Program-made: the position numbers and the translations under genes
Part shown: piece after piece, positions 1 to 13,086 of the stretch
Position numbering within the stretch: the first letter of the stretch is position 1
How the letters are laid out: every line of letters starts with the position of its first letter
Notes under the pieces: generated by a model
What the model was told of the DNA's origin: nothing
Databases searched by the model: none
What the model saw: only the letters and a program-made list of their open reading frames with translations
From: Candidatus Eremiobacteria bacterium
GTDB lineage: Bacteria > Vulcanimicrobiota > Vulcanimicrobiia > Vulcanimicrobiales > Vulcanimicrobiaceae
Reading direction: 5' to 3'
Assembly (NCBI GenBank): GCA_963758295.1
Contig: CAVWUU010000002.1
Coordinates: forward strand, 128,001-192,000
DNA: 64,000 nt

Positions 1-308
1 CCCGGGCCGCCGTTATATAGAAACGTTACGGGGCGGCGCCCTTTGCCGGCGCCATCTTCCGTGTAAGCCACGTAAAAGACGGTGGCTTCAGGCTTCTCTT
101 TATCATTCTTGAGAATCAGCGTCCCCGCGGTTGCCGTGTAGGCGATACTTCGTCCGCCGAGCGTGATGTGATGGTGGGTGACGGAACTGCGCTCTTCCGG
201 GTTCGGCGCAGTGTTGCGATGAACCGGCACGTGTTTGGGTGCGGCACTAACCACCGCAGGGAGAAGCGCAAGCACGCAAAGGCTTGCGACGGCATCTCTG
301 ATTCGCAT
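1..308 (-). CDS. Serine carboxypeptidase, peptidase S10 family (5' part; runs off window edge)
   Basis: Not in the ORF track. Manual translation from ATG 308: MRIRDAVASLCVLALLPAVVSA (signal peptide)...SVTHHHITLGGRSIAYTATAGTL...VFYVAYT...RPVTFLYNGGPG, the S10 N-terminal motif. Confidence 0.85.
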   Translation of the reverse strand, partial: MRIRDAVASLCVLALLPAVVSAAPKHVPVHRNTAPNPEERSSVTHHHITLGGRSIAYTATAGTLILKNDKEKPEATVFYVAYTEDGAGKGRRPVTFLYNGGP

Positions 309-350
309 GGGGATGCATTGAGGGCCGCATTGCTGCGGCCCTCTTTCTCC

Positions 351-566
351 TTACTTCACGACGCCGCCGAGTGCGACGCCCGCGCCGGTAAGCGCTGTTT
401 TTGCTTGCGTTTCAGCGCCGACGTCGATGCTCAAGCATAAGTTCGAGCCCGAGTTTACGGTCGACGGTTTTGGAATCATCTTCGCCGTAACGCCGGCATC
501 TTTGAGCGCCTTCGTGGCGATCATCGTGTCCGCGTTACTGCCGAAGAACAGAATGAGGTCAGCCAT
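351..566 (-). CDS. DUF3343-family small protein
   Basis: 71 aa with pattern LFFGSNADTMIATKALKDAGV..KMIPKP..NSGSNLCLSI; last gene of the chemoreceptor operon. Confidence 0.7.
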   Translation of the reverse strand: MADLILFFGSNADTMIATKALKDAGVTAKMIPKPSTVNSGSNLCLSIDVGAETQAKTALTGAGVALGGVVK

Positions 567-578
567 GGTAATCGGTCC

Positions 579-1919
579 TTAGCCGTTCGCGTCGCCGGTG
601 ACCAATTGGTTCAGACCTTCCGCCACGTCGTTAAGATCGGCTACGCGATTCACGGCTTGCTGCATGCGGCTGCTCATTTCTTGCGAGAGCGTATCGATCA
701 CAATCATGTCGCCATGAAGTTCTTCGTTCACCGATTTTAGCTCGGTGATTTCTCCGTTGGCGTAACCGTTGGTAGCCATCTGCGCGATCAACACGCCGCT
801 GCGTTCCACAGCCGCTCGGGTCAGTGCCACGTGATCGCCGGAGACTTCGCTGCCCACGATGGCAACGCGGAGCTCCTTGGCTGCGGCGCGCACCTGAGAG
901 CTGCGTTGCGCAAGCGTTTTCGAAAGGCGCTCGACGATGGGAACCGCAAGCGCGAGAGCGATCAATGCCGCAATGATGCCCCAAATGAGCAGCGTGCGGG
1001 TGATATCGTTGATGATGCCGGTAATTTGCGCCATCGGGAAACCGTACCAACGTGCGCCGATCACTTCGTTCTGATCGTTCTTGATCGGGTCGACGTGCAC
1101 AAGATATTCCGTCCCGGCAACGGAGTCCGTGCCGGTGTAGGCGTCGCCGGACTTCGCAACCTGCGTAGCCGGCGTATCTTGTTGGTCGACGACGCGCGTG
1201 CCGTCGGCCGTGTGAATCGTGCTCGCCACGATGGCGTCGCCGGAAATCACGGCGGCAGATCCACCGAGCGCCTGCGTCGATTGATCGACGAGATCGTAAT
1301 AGTGGTTCATCAGCTCGCCGCCGTAGATTGCGCCGATCGTACGTTCGTTCTGATCGCTGATCGGTGCGGCGGCCACTAGCGCCAGGCCCTTGTCCAAATG
1401 CTCGACGGTCGTTTTGCCGTCGGTTCCGGTTACGCTCGATTCGGCTTGCGCTCCTAGACCTTCACCGGAGAGCAGGCTCTGATCCAGCAATGCGGCGGTG
1501 CTTACGGTCTCACCGGTCAGCGCGCGCTGAATCAGTTTGTCGCCGTGAAGCGATCCGTTTTGCGTACCGTCCGCACGAGCAATGACGTTCCCGTTCGTGT
1601 CGACGATAGTCAGGAAAGAAAGTCCTGAGGTGCGCAGCGTGTTCGCCAGTTGATCCTGAAGCGCCGCGACGTTATGCGATGCGAGGCTTTTCTTGAGCGC
1701 ATCGCTGACGGCGTCTTGCGCCACCAACAGACGAATCTGGTCTTTTCGAGAGTCCCAGTATCCGCCGAAAGCGCCGGCACCGTTCGACGCTTGGGTGGCC
1801 CCGAGTTTATGAAGATCCGCGGTCAGCACCAATCGCGCTGCCACGACGCTGATAACGAAAAATAAGACGATTGCTCCGATGATCGTGCCCAAAAGGCGAA
1901 CGCGAAGACTCATCTTCAT
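579..1919 (-). CDS. Cache-domain membrane sensor with short MCP-like cytoplasmic helices and no signalling tip
   Basis: TM1 near aa 9-30, extracytoplasmic Cache-like region ([32 protein letters not shown]), TM2 near aa 310-330, ~115 aa coiled-coil tail. Confidence 0.75.
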   Translation of the reverse strand: MKMSLRVRLLGTIIGAIVLFFVISVVAARLVLTADLHKLGATQASNGAGAFGGYWDSRKDQIRLLVAQDAVSDALKKSLASHNVAALQDQLANTLRTSGLSFLTIVDTNGNVIARADGTQNGSLHGDKLIQRALTGETVSTAALLDQSLLSGEGLGAQAESSVTGTDGKTTVEHLDKGLALVAAAPISDQNERTIGAIYGGELMNHYYDLVDQSTQALGGSAAVISGDAIVASTIHTADGTRVVDQQDTPATQVAKSGDAYTGTDSVAGTEYLVHVDPIKNDQNEVIGARWYGFPMAQITGIINDITRTLLIWGIIAALIALALAVPIVERLSKTLAQRSSQVRAAAKELRVAIVGSEVSGDHVALTRAAVERSGVLIAQMATNGYANGEITELKSVNEELHGDMIVIDTLSQEMSSRMQQAVNRVADLNDVAEGLNQLVTGDANG

Positions 1920-3577
1920 GCCGAGACTTCCTCCGTGCCGGTATCGCTGACTTTGAATTTACCGAGATGCGATCCGATCTCGCCCGCAAGATCGTTCATT
2001 TGTTCGACCGACGAGAGCATCCGTTGCGCCGCGTCGGTCACTTCCTTGTTGACATAGGTGAGCACCTCAACCGAGGATGCATTTTGCTGTGAAATCGACG
2101 AAATATCGGAGAACGCTTTATTCACTTCATCCGACTGCGTCGTCATCGACTGCGTAGCCTTCAGATTGATGCCTACGGATTTAGTGATCTCTTCGATCTG
2201 CCGGATCACTTGATACGAATTCGCGCTCATCGCGCGCGTAACCGAACCGATCTCACCGATCTGCTGATTAGCCGTAAGCACGGCAGAAACGATTTCTTGG
2301 AGCGCTGTCGAGGCGAGGCTCGTGCTGTTGACCGAGTCTTCGACGCGGCCGGTGAGGCGCTCCATCGCGCTTACGACCTCGTTGATCACTGCCTGAGTCG
2401 ACGTGATGTGCGAAGCGATCTCTTTCGTTGCTTGAACGCTGCCGTCGGCAAGTTTGCGAATTTCACTCGCGACAACGGCGAAACCGCGTCCGTGTTCGCC
2501 CGCGCGCGCAGCTTCAATCGCGGCGTTGAGCGCGAGCAGATTCGTCTGCTCGGCGATGCGGTCGATCACTTTGACGATATCGCCGATCTGTTCCGAATTC
2601 GAGCCGAGCTGCCGGATATCGCCCGCCAGATCGTTGATGGTGGCCCGAATGTTGAACATGCCGTCGATGATCGTATCGATCGACGTACCGCCCCGTTCGG
2701 CGGTCTGCGACGTTTCCTTCGAAATGCTCTGCAGCGAATCGACTTGCGCCGCTACTTCTTCAATCGATGTCGCCATGTTGGAAACGGCGAGCGCCGTTTC
2801 ATCAAGGCTGCGCGTCTGCTGTTCGGCCGACGCAGCGATCGTGGAGATGGCGTCGGTGAGAGCCAGGACTTTAGTGGTCGCCTCTTCGACGATGCGGCCC
2901 TGTTCCTGAATGCCTTCATCCAGCTGTCCTTGCGCAAGCGCTGCGCCTTCGATCACGGCGAGCGCCGTAGATGCCGTCGAGCGCAGGTCCGAACCAGCTG
3001 CACCGAGCGTTCCCGTATTGCGATGCAGTTGCCCGAGAAACTCGCGCATCCCAAAAATCAATTTGTTGAGCGCAATCGCCAGTTCTTGAAGTGCGACGTC
3101 GCTAACCGCGATGTTTTTGGTGAAGTCCCCCTGCGAGACTTCGCGAATGCCCGACGCGAGCGCGGCAATGCTGGTATGGGAAGTGCCGTTTTCGCCCCGC
3201 AGCGCACGATGTGCACCCGTCGACGACAGTCCGAACCGCTCGGCGCCGTCTTCACTGCCGGAGGCTTCTCCGTAAAACAAAGCACTGACGGCGATGCCGG
3301 CCAGCGTGACGAGCGTCGCTTCGAGTGCGGCAGGCTGCTGGCGCGACCCGTGCGCCACAAAATCGGCAATGCCGGCTGCAAGGGCGACGAGAGCGCCAAG
3401 AGGTGCGCCTGCCGCGGCCGCCGCCAGTGCCGCGATCACGACCAGCAAGACGGCTACCGGGGCGCCGACGCCAAGCCACGCGACGAGGGCGGCCGCTACG
3501 ACGGCACCTGCCGCAATAGAAAAACGAACCGGCCGCGTAAGCCGGGCGCGAAGGCCGGCAAAGTATGCGGAGATCAC
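1916..3577 (-). CDS. Methyl-accepting chemotaxis protein
   Basis: [37 protein letters not shown] hairpin tip, HAMP-like segment, hydrophobic N-terminus; GAAGGAG SD before GTG. Confidence 0.95.
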   Translation of the reverse strand: MISAYFAGLRARLTRPVRFSIAAGAVVAAALVAWLGVGAPVAVLLVVIAALAAAAAGAPLGALVALAAGIADFVAHGSRQQPAALEATLVTLAGIAVSALFYGEASGSEDGAERFGLSSTGAHRALRGENGTSHTSIAALASGIREVSQGDFTKNIAVSDVALQELAIALNKLIFGMREFLGQLHRNTGTLGAAGSDLRSTASTALAVIEGAALAQGQLDEGIQEQGRIVEEATTKVLALTDAISTIAASAEQQTRSLDETALAVSNMATSIEEVAAQVDSLQSISKETSQTAERGGTSIDTIIDGMFNIRATINDLAGDIRQLGSNSEQIGDIVKVIDRIAEQTNLLALNAAIEAARAGEHGRGFAVVASEIRKLADGSVQATKEIASHITSTQAVINEVVSAMERLTGRVEDSVNSTSLASTALQEIVSAVLTANQQIGEIGSVTRAMSANSYQVIRQIEEITKSVGINLKATQSMTTQSDEVNKAFSDISSISQQNASSVEVLTYVNKEVTDAAQRMLSSVEQMNDLAGEIGSHLGKFKVSDTGTEEVSA

Positions 3578-3643
3578 GACGCTCCTTCCGATTGATCCAA
3601 GCCTAACGCACGCGCTGGCCCGAGCAGCCGTGCCTCTAGTAGT

Positions 3644-3671
3644 TGTACGGCTAAAGTAGCTTCGTTCTTTA
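3644..3671 (-). promoter_or_regulatory. Putative sigma28 (FliA/SigD-type) promoter
   Basis: Minus strand TAAA-N16-GCCGTACA versus consensus TAAA-N15/16-GCCGATAA, ~66 nt upstream of the MCP start. Confidence 0.5.
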
Positions 3672-3703
3672 GGCGGGCCGGAAGACAGGCAAGCTAGCGG
3701 TAG

Positions 3704-4246
3704 CTAGCGTTCGTTGCGCGCCCGGCTGATGCGCCGGTCGCAGGTTTCGCAAAAGTGCGACATCTTGTTGTCGCTCTCGAAAATCGAATTGGAATAGTAC
3801 ATGGCGCAGCGCGCGTTGTAGCAGTGCTTCAGGCCGAACGCGTGGCCGAGTTCGTGCACGCACTCTTTGAGCGTGCGCTGGAAGAGGACGTTTGCATCGG
3901 GTTCTTCGCCGTAGTACTCCGAACGAAGGCGGTGCAGCGAAACCGCGGCTTGCCCCTGTGCCTCGTCGGCGTCGCCGAAGATAAAGCGATGCGACGTTTT
4001 GTAAAGATCGAAGTCGGTGATGCCGAGCAAAATACCCGACGCGTCGGGGTGCGCGCGGCGAATACGCGCAAACAATGTCGGAAGGAACAGCTGCTGCCGT
4101 GTTGCGTTCAGCGTCGTGCGCGGAACCGCTAGCGAGCGCTCAACCTCGACCGTTGCGAGGAATCGCTCCTCAAGACAGGGCGCAAGCCGGTCTAAGAACG
4201 CTACGTCGATAGCATTGATCGGGATGATGCGGATGCGCGACTCCAT
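3704..4246 (-). CDS. Archaemetzincin-family Zn metalloprotease (M54)
   Basis: HELGHAFGLKHC-x4-CAM...FCxxC; start reassigned to ATG 4246 (MESRIRIIP). Confidence 0.9.
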   Translation of the reverse strand: MESRIRIIPINAIDVAFLDRLAPCLEERFLATVEVERSLAVPRTTLNATRQQLFLPTLFARIRRAHPDASGILLGITDFDLYKTSHRFIFGDADEAQGQAAVSLHRLRSEYYGEEPDANVLFQRTLKECVHELGHAFGLKHCYNARCAMYYSNSIFESDNKMSHFCETCDRRISRARNER

Positions 4247-4309
4247 CTGGGCGGCTTGCTTCGACGCGTCCTGCCGGAAAACTCCTACGACGATGCGAAA
4301 GCGCGCGTT

Positions 4310-4672
4310 ATGATCGTCGGCATCGGCATCGACCTCGCCGAAGTTGAACGCTATCGCTTCGACGAGCGGCGCCTCGCGTGGTTCGCGCGAAAGATTTACA
4401 CCGAAGAAGAGATGCGTTACGCCATGCGCAAGCGCCATTGGCCCGAACGCCTCGCCGGGTTCTTCGCCGCGAAGGAAGCGACGCGCAAAGCGTTCGGCCA
4501 TTGGATCCCGTGGCGCTTGGTCGGCGTTTCGCACGAGCGCAGCGGAAAACCGATCATCAGACTCTACGATGGAGCCGAGCAATTGCTCGCAGCGCGAAGC
4601 ATAAGTTCCCTTTCGTTGACGATCACGCATTCGTCGTCGACGGCTGCTGCGGTCGTGATCCTGGAACGATGA
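4310..4672 (+). CDS. acpS: Holo-ACP synthase
   Basis: MIVGIGID...LAGFFAAKEATRKA...SGKP...SLTITH. Confidence 0.92.
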   Translation: MIVGIGIDLAEVERYRFDERRLAWFARKIYTEEEMRYAMRKRHWPERLAGFFAAKEATRKAFGHWIPWRLVGVSHERSGKPIIRLYDGAEQLLAARSISSLSLTITHSSSTAAAVVILER

Positions 4673-6198
4673 TCTACGTCTTAACGCCCGAAGAAATGCG
4701 CGCTGCGGATGCGGAGGCCAGCGCGCGCACGAGCGCCACGCAGCTGATGGCGGATGCAGGCGAACGCATCGCGGAATATATTCGCACCCATCACGCCGCC
4801 GGGAGGATCGTCGCCTTCGCCGGTCCCGGAAATAACGGCGGCGATGCCTTCGCCGCGTTTGCCGGTTTGGACTCGTCGTACGAGCGCGTTATCTACGCCG
4901 CGCCGGCCGATCGGGAAAGCAAAGAAAGAAGGACCGCGCGACTGGAGGCCCTTGAAACGGGCGTCACCGTCAGGCCGTTGCCGCGTACCGGTGATGAAGC
5001 GCGCGCTGCATTACAGGGCGCCGCGCTCGGAATCGACGCGCTGTTCGGCACCGGCACACGCTTACCGATGGAAGAGTCGTACCGCCCTGCCGCGCGCGCC
5101 CTGAACGCCCAAGTCTTGCCGGTGCTCGCCATCGATATCCCGAGCGGCGTCGATGCGCTTACGGGCGCCGTCGCGCCCGATGCGGTCCACGCTTCTGCAA
5201 CGGTTACGATAGCCGCCCTCAAACCGGGCCTGCTGTTGAATCCTGCGCGAGAGCTCGCCGGCGACATTTGGATCGCGCAAATTGGAATCAGCGACGAAGA
5301 ACTTGCGCAACATGCGCGCACGTTTGACGCGTTGGACGATGCGGCGTTTCTCGCGCTCCTTCCGCATCGAAAAGCGAACACCGATAAACGCAGCGCCGGC
5401 GCACCGCTCGTGATCGCCGGCTCCGAACAATTTCCCGGCGCGGCGATCCTCTGCGCACTAGGGGCCGCTCGCGCGGGCGCCGGTTACGTGACCGTGGCTA
5501 CACCGGCCGCCGCAGCGCAAACGCTGCGCGCGCACCTGGTGGAACAAGTGGTAGTAGCCTTTGCCGGCACTTCGCCCGAAGAAGCAGCGGACGATTTGCT
5601 GGAGATCGCGCAGCGCAACAGCGCGATTGCCGTTGGGCCGGGCATGAGCCTCGACGACTGGACGGGTAAAATGCTCGGACGGTTGTTCGAGCGCGCAACC
5701 TTGCCGATCGTCGCCGATGCGAGCGCGCTGTTCCATTTATCGAAGCGTCTAGAGCTGGTGCGCAATAAACCGATCGTCGTAACGCCGCACGCCGGCGAGT
5801 TCGCGCGGCTTTCCGGAAAAGGCAGCGTCGCTGAAGGCGACCGTGTACATCGGCTTCGCGAGTTCGTAGACCGCACGGGCGTGACGACGTTATTGAAAGG
5901 TCAGTCGACGCTGATCTACGACGGCCGGAGGATGGAAATCAATACGACGGGAACGCAAGCGCTGGCAACGGCGGGCACGGGGGACGTGCTCACCGGAATC
6001 ACTGCGACGTTACTTTCTCAAGGGCTTTCCCCGTTCGACGCGGCGCGCGCAGCGGCGCATTGGCACGGTCTTGCGGGACGATTGTGTGCGACGAGACGCC
6101 GCGTAGGCGTGATGTCCGGCGATCTGCCCGACGCGTTAGGCGATGCGCTTCCTACGCCACATCCCCAACGAGCGCTACGACGCGTTGTTCCGTCTTGA
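4669..6198 (+). CDS. nnr: Bifunctional NAD(P)H-hydrate epimerase/dehydratase
   Basis: GPGNNGGD, DALFGTG, DIPSG, TPHAGEF, GTGDVL; ATGA overlap with acpS. Confidence 0.93.
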   Translation: MIYVLTPEEMRAADAEASARTSATQLMADAGERIAEYIRTHHAAGRIVAFAGPGNNGGDAFAAFAGLDSSYERVIYAAPADRESKERRTARLEALETGVTVRPLPRTGDEARAALQGAALGIDALFGTGTRLPMEESYRPAARALNAQVLPVLAIDIPSGVDALTGAVAPDAVHASATVTIAALKPGLLLNPARELAGDIWIAQIGISDEELAQHARTFDALDDAAFLALLPHRKANTDKRSAGAPLVIAGSEQFPGAAILCALGAARAGAGYVTVATPAAAAQTLRAHLVEQVVVAFAGTSPEEAADDLLEIAQRNSAIAVGPGMSLDDWTGKMLGRLFERATLPIVADASALFHLSKRLELVRNKPIVVTPHAGEFARLSGKGSVAEGDRVHRLREFVDRTGVTTLLKGQSTLIYDGRRMEINTTGTQALATAGTGDVLTGITATLLSQGLSPFDAARAAAHWHGLAGRLCATRRRVGVMSGDLPDALGDALPTPHPQRALRRVVPS

Positions 6199-6556
6199 TG
6201 CGATGCATCAAGAGCGCGACGATCGACTCTACGTCATCCTGAAACGCCTGCGACTCGAACGAGACTTTGTCGGCATGCTTCCAGCGCCGAACGAACGTGT
6301 CGAAATGAATCGAGAACCGGCCCTGCTCTTCCAACATTTCGACGATCGAGACCCGGCGCGTAACGTCACGCTCCCGCATCAGCAGGCGGTATCCGAGGTG
6401 AACGTCTAAAGCGAGATGCGCTTCGAGGGTTTCGCAGAAGGCCTGCAATGCCGAAGGAACGTTGAACGAATCGCTGCTCTTAGCTTGTAGCAGCGACGCT
6501 ATCCGGAATCTCAAAAGTTCGTGGCGTTCGGCTAGAAACGCCGAAGAAAACACCAT
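6152..6556 (-). CDS. Hemerythrin-like helical protein (divergent)
   Basis: Spacing H...HLALD..LGY...E...RIKTE resembles HHE/hemerythrin domains. Confidence 0.5.
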   Translation of the reverse strand: MVFSSAFLAERHELLRFRIASLLQAKSSDSFNVPSALQAFCETLEAHLALDVHLGYRLLMRERDVTRRVSIVEMLEEQGRFSIHFDTFVRRWKHADKVSFESQAFQDDVESIVALLMHRIKTEQRVVALVGDVA

Positions 6557-6884
6557 ACGGCCCACCCCCGTGTGCAACCGAGCATACCCTATTTCTCAGA
6601 ATTAGGCCAGCCGGAGAAGCGCCCGACTTCCCTTTCTTTGCAAAAGGGCGGTCATTTAGCTCCGAAGACGGCCCGGCGGATAACGGGACAGGCGTCGGCG
6701 ATCCCAAGGCCGCGCTCACGTTTCGGAAAGGCGCCGGTCTAGTCGTCTCGCGTTGCAAGCCAGCCATCCGACGCGGCCTCAAGACGCTCTTTCCGGAATA
6801 ACGGTAAAAGTCGCGTCGCCTGACGCGCGATTCAAGGGTTCGGCAGCGGGGCGCTCCAGCCCATCGCGCACGTCCCGCCGGCCT

Positions 6885-8912
<2,028 letters not shown>

Positions 8913-9269
8913 CTAACGAGGCTTCGGAGTGGTGATTTGAATCGGGTACCCGTCGGGATCGGAAATGACCGCGACTCTGCCGAACGATTCGTCGTACGGA
9001 TCTTGAAAGATCGGCACGCCCATCGATGCCGCATCCGCGACGAACCGGTCGACGTTATCGACCGAGAAGCCGAGTTGAAGCGACCCCGGACGAACCGCAA
9101 GGAGTTCGCTGCGCGCATGAAGCCCGAACGAAATGCCCGGCGACAACTCGAATTCCACCCAATGCGGCACGCTGTCGCCAAGGAGCTTCAATCCGAGAAC
9201 GTTGCGGTAAAAATCCCGCGAACGCGCGAGATCCGAACAAACGAGCATTGCCACCGAAAATTTCGCCAT
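8913..9269 (-). CDS. VOC/glyoxalase family protein
   Basis: DLARSRDFYRNVLGL...DPDGYPIQI. Confidence 0.88.
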   Translation of the reverse strand: MAKFSVAMLVCSDLARSRDFYRNVLGLKLLGDSVPHWVEFELSPGISFGLHARSELLAVRPGSLQLGFSVDNVDRFVADAASMGVPIFQDPYDESFGRVAVISDPDGYPIQITTPKPR

Positions 9270-9280
9270 AGCTTGCGTTG

Positions 9281-12250
9281 CTAGGCTTCGACAGCGACTC
9301 TCTCACCCTTCGCAAGATCGTCGAGAATACGGCGATTCTCGCGTTCCATCCGTTCCTGCGCGATCGCATTGGGCACGTGATGTCCGACCGCGCGCTGATC
9401 TTCGAGCACGGGGACGAGATACGCGCCGGTGAACGACGCGGCATTCTGCGCCAGTTCCTCGGGCGTTCCCGTTCCCACAATCGTACCGCCGCGGTCGCCG
9501 CCTTCGGGACCCAGATCGATCAAATAGTCAGCCGTCTTGATAACGTCGAGGTTGTGCTCGATGACAAGCACGCTGTTGCCCGTTTGCACGAGCCGCTCCA
9601 GAACCTCCAGCAGTTTGTGAATGTCGGCGAAGTGCAGACCCGTCGTCGGCTCGTCGAGCACGTAGAAAGTGCGGCCGGTCGAACGCCGTGAGAGTTCCGT
9701 CGCCAGCTTCACGCGTTGCGCTTCACCGCCCGAGAGGGTCGTCGCCGGCTGGCCCATCTTGATGTAGCCGAGGCCCACTTCGCAGATCGTTTTGAGCTTG
9801 TTATGGATGCGCGGGATGTTCGCGAACAACTCCGACGCTTCGTCGACGCGCATTTCGAGCACGTCGGAAATCGTCTTGCCCTTATAGCGCACTTCCAGCG
9901 TCTGCGCGTTGTAGCGTTTGCCTTTGCAGACTTCGCACGGCACGTAGACGTCCGGCAAGAAGTGCATCTCGATCTTGATGATGCCGTCGCCCTGGCACGA
10001 TTCACAGCGGCCGCCCTTGACGTTGAACGAGAAGCGTCCCGGCGTGTAGCCGCGCAGCTTCGCTTCGGGCGTCATGGAGAACAACTCGCGGATTTGATCG
10101 AACGCTCCGGTGTATGTGGCCGGGTTGGAACGCGGCGTACGGCCGATGGGCGATTGATCGATGACGACCATCTTGTCGAGTTGATCGGCGCCCTTGACCG
10201 TACCGTACGTTCCGCCCGCAGGTTGGCCATGCAAGTGCTGGTTCAACGCGCGAACCAGCACTTGGTTCACAAGGGTTGATTTGCCGCTGCCGCTGACGCC
10301 CGTTACCGCGGTGAAAGCGCCGATTGGAAACTTCACGTCGATGCCGCGCAAGTTGTTGGCGCTGGCCTTCTTGACTTCAAGCCAGCCACGCGCTTTACGG
10401 CGTCCCTTCGGAATCGGAATGAACTTACGGCCGGAAAGATACGCGCCGGTTTCCGACTTGCCGTTCTTGATGATATCGTCGAGTTTACCGACACTAAGAA
10501 TTTCGCCGCCCTCGGCGCCGGCGCCCGGACCGATGTCAACGATGACGTCGGCCATGCGCATCGTGTCTTCATCGTGCTCGATGACAACAAGCGTATTGCC
10601 GAGATCGCGAAGCGTCTTAAGGGTCGCCAACAGGCGGTCGTTATCGCGTTGATGCAACCCGATCGACGGTTCATCTAAAATGTATAGGACGCCCACGAGC
10701 GCGCTGCCGATTTGCGTTGCAAGGCGGATGCGTTGCGATTCGCCGCCGGAGAGCGTCGTCGCGGATCGCGCCAGCGTGAGATAGTTCAATCCGACATTCG
10801 TAAGAAACCCTAGGCGCCCGCGCACTTCTTTGATGATCTGATGTGCGATCTGTTCCTGGCGCGCAGTTAGTTTCAGCTCGCGGAAGAATCGCTCCGAGTT
10901 CTCGATCGACATGCCGGTGGCCTGATCGATATTCAGTCCGCCGATGGTTACCGCGAGAGCTTCGGGCTTCAGGCGCGCGCCCTTACACGTGGGACACGTG
11001 GACGCCGACATGTACTTCTCGATGTCTTCCTTGACGTAGTCGCTCGACGTTTCGCTGTAGCGGCGTTGCAAATTATTGATAACGCCTTCGAACGACGAAC
11101 GGTACTCCCACGTCTTTCCCGCGCGCGACGTGTATTCGAAATCTTGCTCGTTCTCTGTGCCGTACAGAATCAGATCGACGACTTCTTCCTTCATGTCTTC
11201 GATCGGCGTCGTCATCTTCACGCGATGCTTGCGTAGCACGCGCTCGAGCTGCTGCATGTAGTACGGATTCATCGACGGAAACCGGCCCGAACCCAGGTTC
11301 TTGGTCCACGGCACAATAGCGCCGTCCGCCAACGATTTCGAACGATCCGGAATGACCTTCCACGGATCGATTTCGATCTTCTCGCCTAGACCGCTGCACA
11401 CCGGGCACGCGCCGTACGGTGAGTTGAATGAAAACAGGCGCGGCGCCAATTCTTCGAACGAAATGCCGCAATATACGCATGCAAAAGCTTCGCTAAAGGT
11501 TAGTTCACGCGGCTGCCCTTTGCTCTCCTCGGCAAGCACTGTTACGATGCCTGTCGAGAGCTTCAACGTCGTTTCAACCGAATCGGTGAGACGCTTGCGA
11601 ATGTCCGCCTTCATCACGAGACGATCGACGATCACTTCAATCGTGTGTTTGCGCTTCTTGTCGAGAACGATCTTCTCTCGCAGCTCTTTCGTCTCGCCGT
11701 CCACGCGAACGCGCGCAAAGCCCTCTTTGCCAATTTCCTCGAAGAGCTTGGTGTATTCGCCTTTACGTCCCCGCACCAGCGGCGCGAGCAATTGAATGCG
11801 CGTGCCTTCGGGCAGTTCCATGATCGAGTCGACAATTTGTTCGCTGGATTGCGAGCTAATCTCACGGTTGCAGCTATAGCAATGCGGCGTACCGATGCGC
11901 GCGAAAAGCAACCGCAGGTAGTCGTAAATCTCGGTGACCGTGCCGACGGTCGAACGCGGATTGCGCGACGTCGATTTCTGATCGATCGAAATTGCGGGCG
12001 AGAGACCCTCGATGTAATCCACATCGGGCTTCTCCATCTGCCCTAGGAACTGACGCGCGTACGAAGAGAGCGACTCAACGTAGCGCCGTTGGCCTTCTGC
12101 GTAAATCGTATCGAAAGCCAGCGACGATTTTCCCGAGCCGGAAAGGCCGGTTACGACGATGAGCTGGTTTCGCGGAAGCGTTAGATCGACATTCTTAAGG
12201 TTGTGCTCGCGCGCGCCCTTAATGACGATGGAATCGAGACCGGTTGCCAT
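9281..12250 (-). CDS. uvrA: Excinuclease ABC subunit A
   Basis: GAREHNLKN, two Walker A motifs ([16 protein letters not shown]), LSGGE signatures, Zn fingers. Confidence 0.99.
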   Translation of the reverse strand: MATGLDSIVIKGAREHNLKNVDLTLPRNQLIVVTGLSGSGKSSLAFDTIYAEGQRRYVESLSSYARQFLGQMEKPDVDYIEGLSPAISIDQKSTSRNPRSTVGTVTEIYDYLRLLFARIGTPHCYSCNREISSQSSEQIVDSIMELPEGTRIQLLAPLVRGRKGEYTKLFEEIGKEGFARVRVDGETKELREKIVLDKKRKHTIEVIVDRLVMKADIRKRLTDSVETTLKLSTGIVTVLAEESKGQPRELTFSEAFACVYCGISFEELAPRLFSFNSPYGACPVCSGLGEKIEIDPWKVIPDRSKSLADGAIVPWTKNLGSGRFPSMNPYYMQQLERVLRKHRVKMTTPIEDMKEEVVDLILYGTENEQDFEYTSRAGKTWEYRSSFEGVINNLQRRYSETSSDYVKEDIEKYMSASTCPTCKGARLKPEALAVTIGGLNIDQATGMSIENSERFFRELKLTARQEQIAHQIIKEVRGRLGFLTNVGLNYLTLARSATTLSGGESQRIRLATQIGSALVGVLYILDEPSIGLHQRDNDRLLATLKTLRDLGNTLVVIEHDEDTMRMADVIVDIGPGAGAEGGEILSVGKLDDIIKNGKSETGAYLSGRKFIPIPKGRRKARGWLEVKKASANNLRGIDVKFPIGAFTAVTGVSGSGKSTLVNQVLVRALNQHLHGQPAGGTYGTVKGADQLDKMVVIDQSPIGRTPRSNPATYTGAFDQIRELFSMTPEAKLRGYTPGRFSFNVKGGRCESCQGDGIIKIEMHFLPDVYVPCEVCKGKRYNAQTLEVRYKGKTISDVLEMRVDEASELFANIPRIHNKLKTICEVGLGYIKMGQPATTLSGGEAQRVKLATELSRRSTGRTFYVLDEPTTGLHFADIHKLLEVLERLVQTGNSVLVIEHNLDVIKTADYLIDLGPEGGDRGGTIVGTGTPEELAQNAASFTGAYLVPVLEDQRAVGHHVPNAIAQERMERENRRILDDLAKGERVAVEA

Positions 12251-12291
12251 GAACTACCTAGAACCCCGCGAAGCGGGATCGGGATGCGTGA

Positions 12292-13023
12292 TTAAGCCTC
12301 TGGCTGCTTGGAAAGCTTTAGGTACTCGCCGGCGACCACGAGGGACGCGTACGCTACGATGATTTGCTGAAGGACTCCCGCCACCAAGCCCCCGGCTAGG
12401 GGCGCCAGGCGCCCGATTAGCGACCCCGCAATCCCGCCGCCGATGGCAATCAATGCAATGAGCGCTACCACGCCGAGCGTCGGCCAGAAATTCGACACCG
12501 TCAGCCGGCACGACTCGGCGATTCCGGCGACCGCTTCGCGATTGCCGATGATGACCGACGCCATGGTATAGATGAAGAACACCATGTAGGCAAAAAGCGT
12601 CAACAAAAACGTGATCGGAGCGAGAACCGCGGCACAAAGCCCGATCGCAAAGAGCAACACCACCGCGAAGGTCGTTTGAATCGAGCGATGTGAAAAAGCG
12701 AGCCAGCCGTCGCGGAGATTCGTTCGGCCGTGCTCCCAGGCGCTCCCGGCCATGCCGGTGACGTACGCCATTTGCACGATGCTCGTGAGCAGCGACACAA
12801 TCGTGAGGGCGACCGCGACGACGGCTTGCGTGACCGTATTGACATCGGCGGTTCCGCCGCCGCCCGAGAGCACAGAGCCATTAATGACGACCGAGACGAT
12901 CATCGAAATGATGCCGCCTATGATGCCGAGCACCAACCCGGGCACAATGATGACCCAGTTGCTCGTGAGCAGCTGCCACGCACGGGCGAAGGTATTTTCG
13001 AAATCTCGAATCGACTGCGTCAT
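12292..13023 (-). CDS. Multi-pass membrane protein of unknown function
   Basis: 243 aa with about 5-6 hydrophobic segments; co-oriented in the operon. Confidence 0.75.
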   Translation of the reverse strand: MTQSIRDFENTFARAWQLLTSNWVIIVPGLVLGIIGGIISMIVSVVINGSVLSGGGGTADVNTVTQAVVAVALTIVSLLTSIVQMAYVTGMAGSAWEHGRTNLRDGWLAFSHRSIQTTFAVVLLFAIGLCAAVLAPITFLLTLFAYMVFFIYTMASVIIGNREAVAGIAESCRLTVSNFWPTLGVVALIALIAIGGGIAGSLIGRLAPLAGGLVAGVLQQIIVAYASLVVAGEYLKLSKQPEA

Positions 13024-13086
13024 CCAAGCGCACTTTCAACCAGCGCCCTTCCGTTTCCGGTTTTAAGCGGCTCGCGACGGGTAGCG

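Noticed and set aside
320..343. Hairpin GAGGGCCGCA-TTGC-TGCGGCCCTC after the DUF3343 gene
   Set aside because: The stem is real but lacks a U tract on the transcribed minus strand, so it was not called a terminator
2210..3595. 461-aa plus-strand ORF and other long antisense ORFs (e.g. 34371-35354, 40162-41040, 44106-45134)
   Set aside because: Shadows of well-supported genes in GC-rich DNA, with no recognisable motifs
12251..12291. LexA/SOS box upstream of uvrA (also looked upstream of uvrB)
   Set aside because: Only GAAC-N6-GAAC, which fits neither GAAC-N4-GTTC nor GAAC-N7-GAAC
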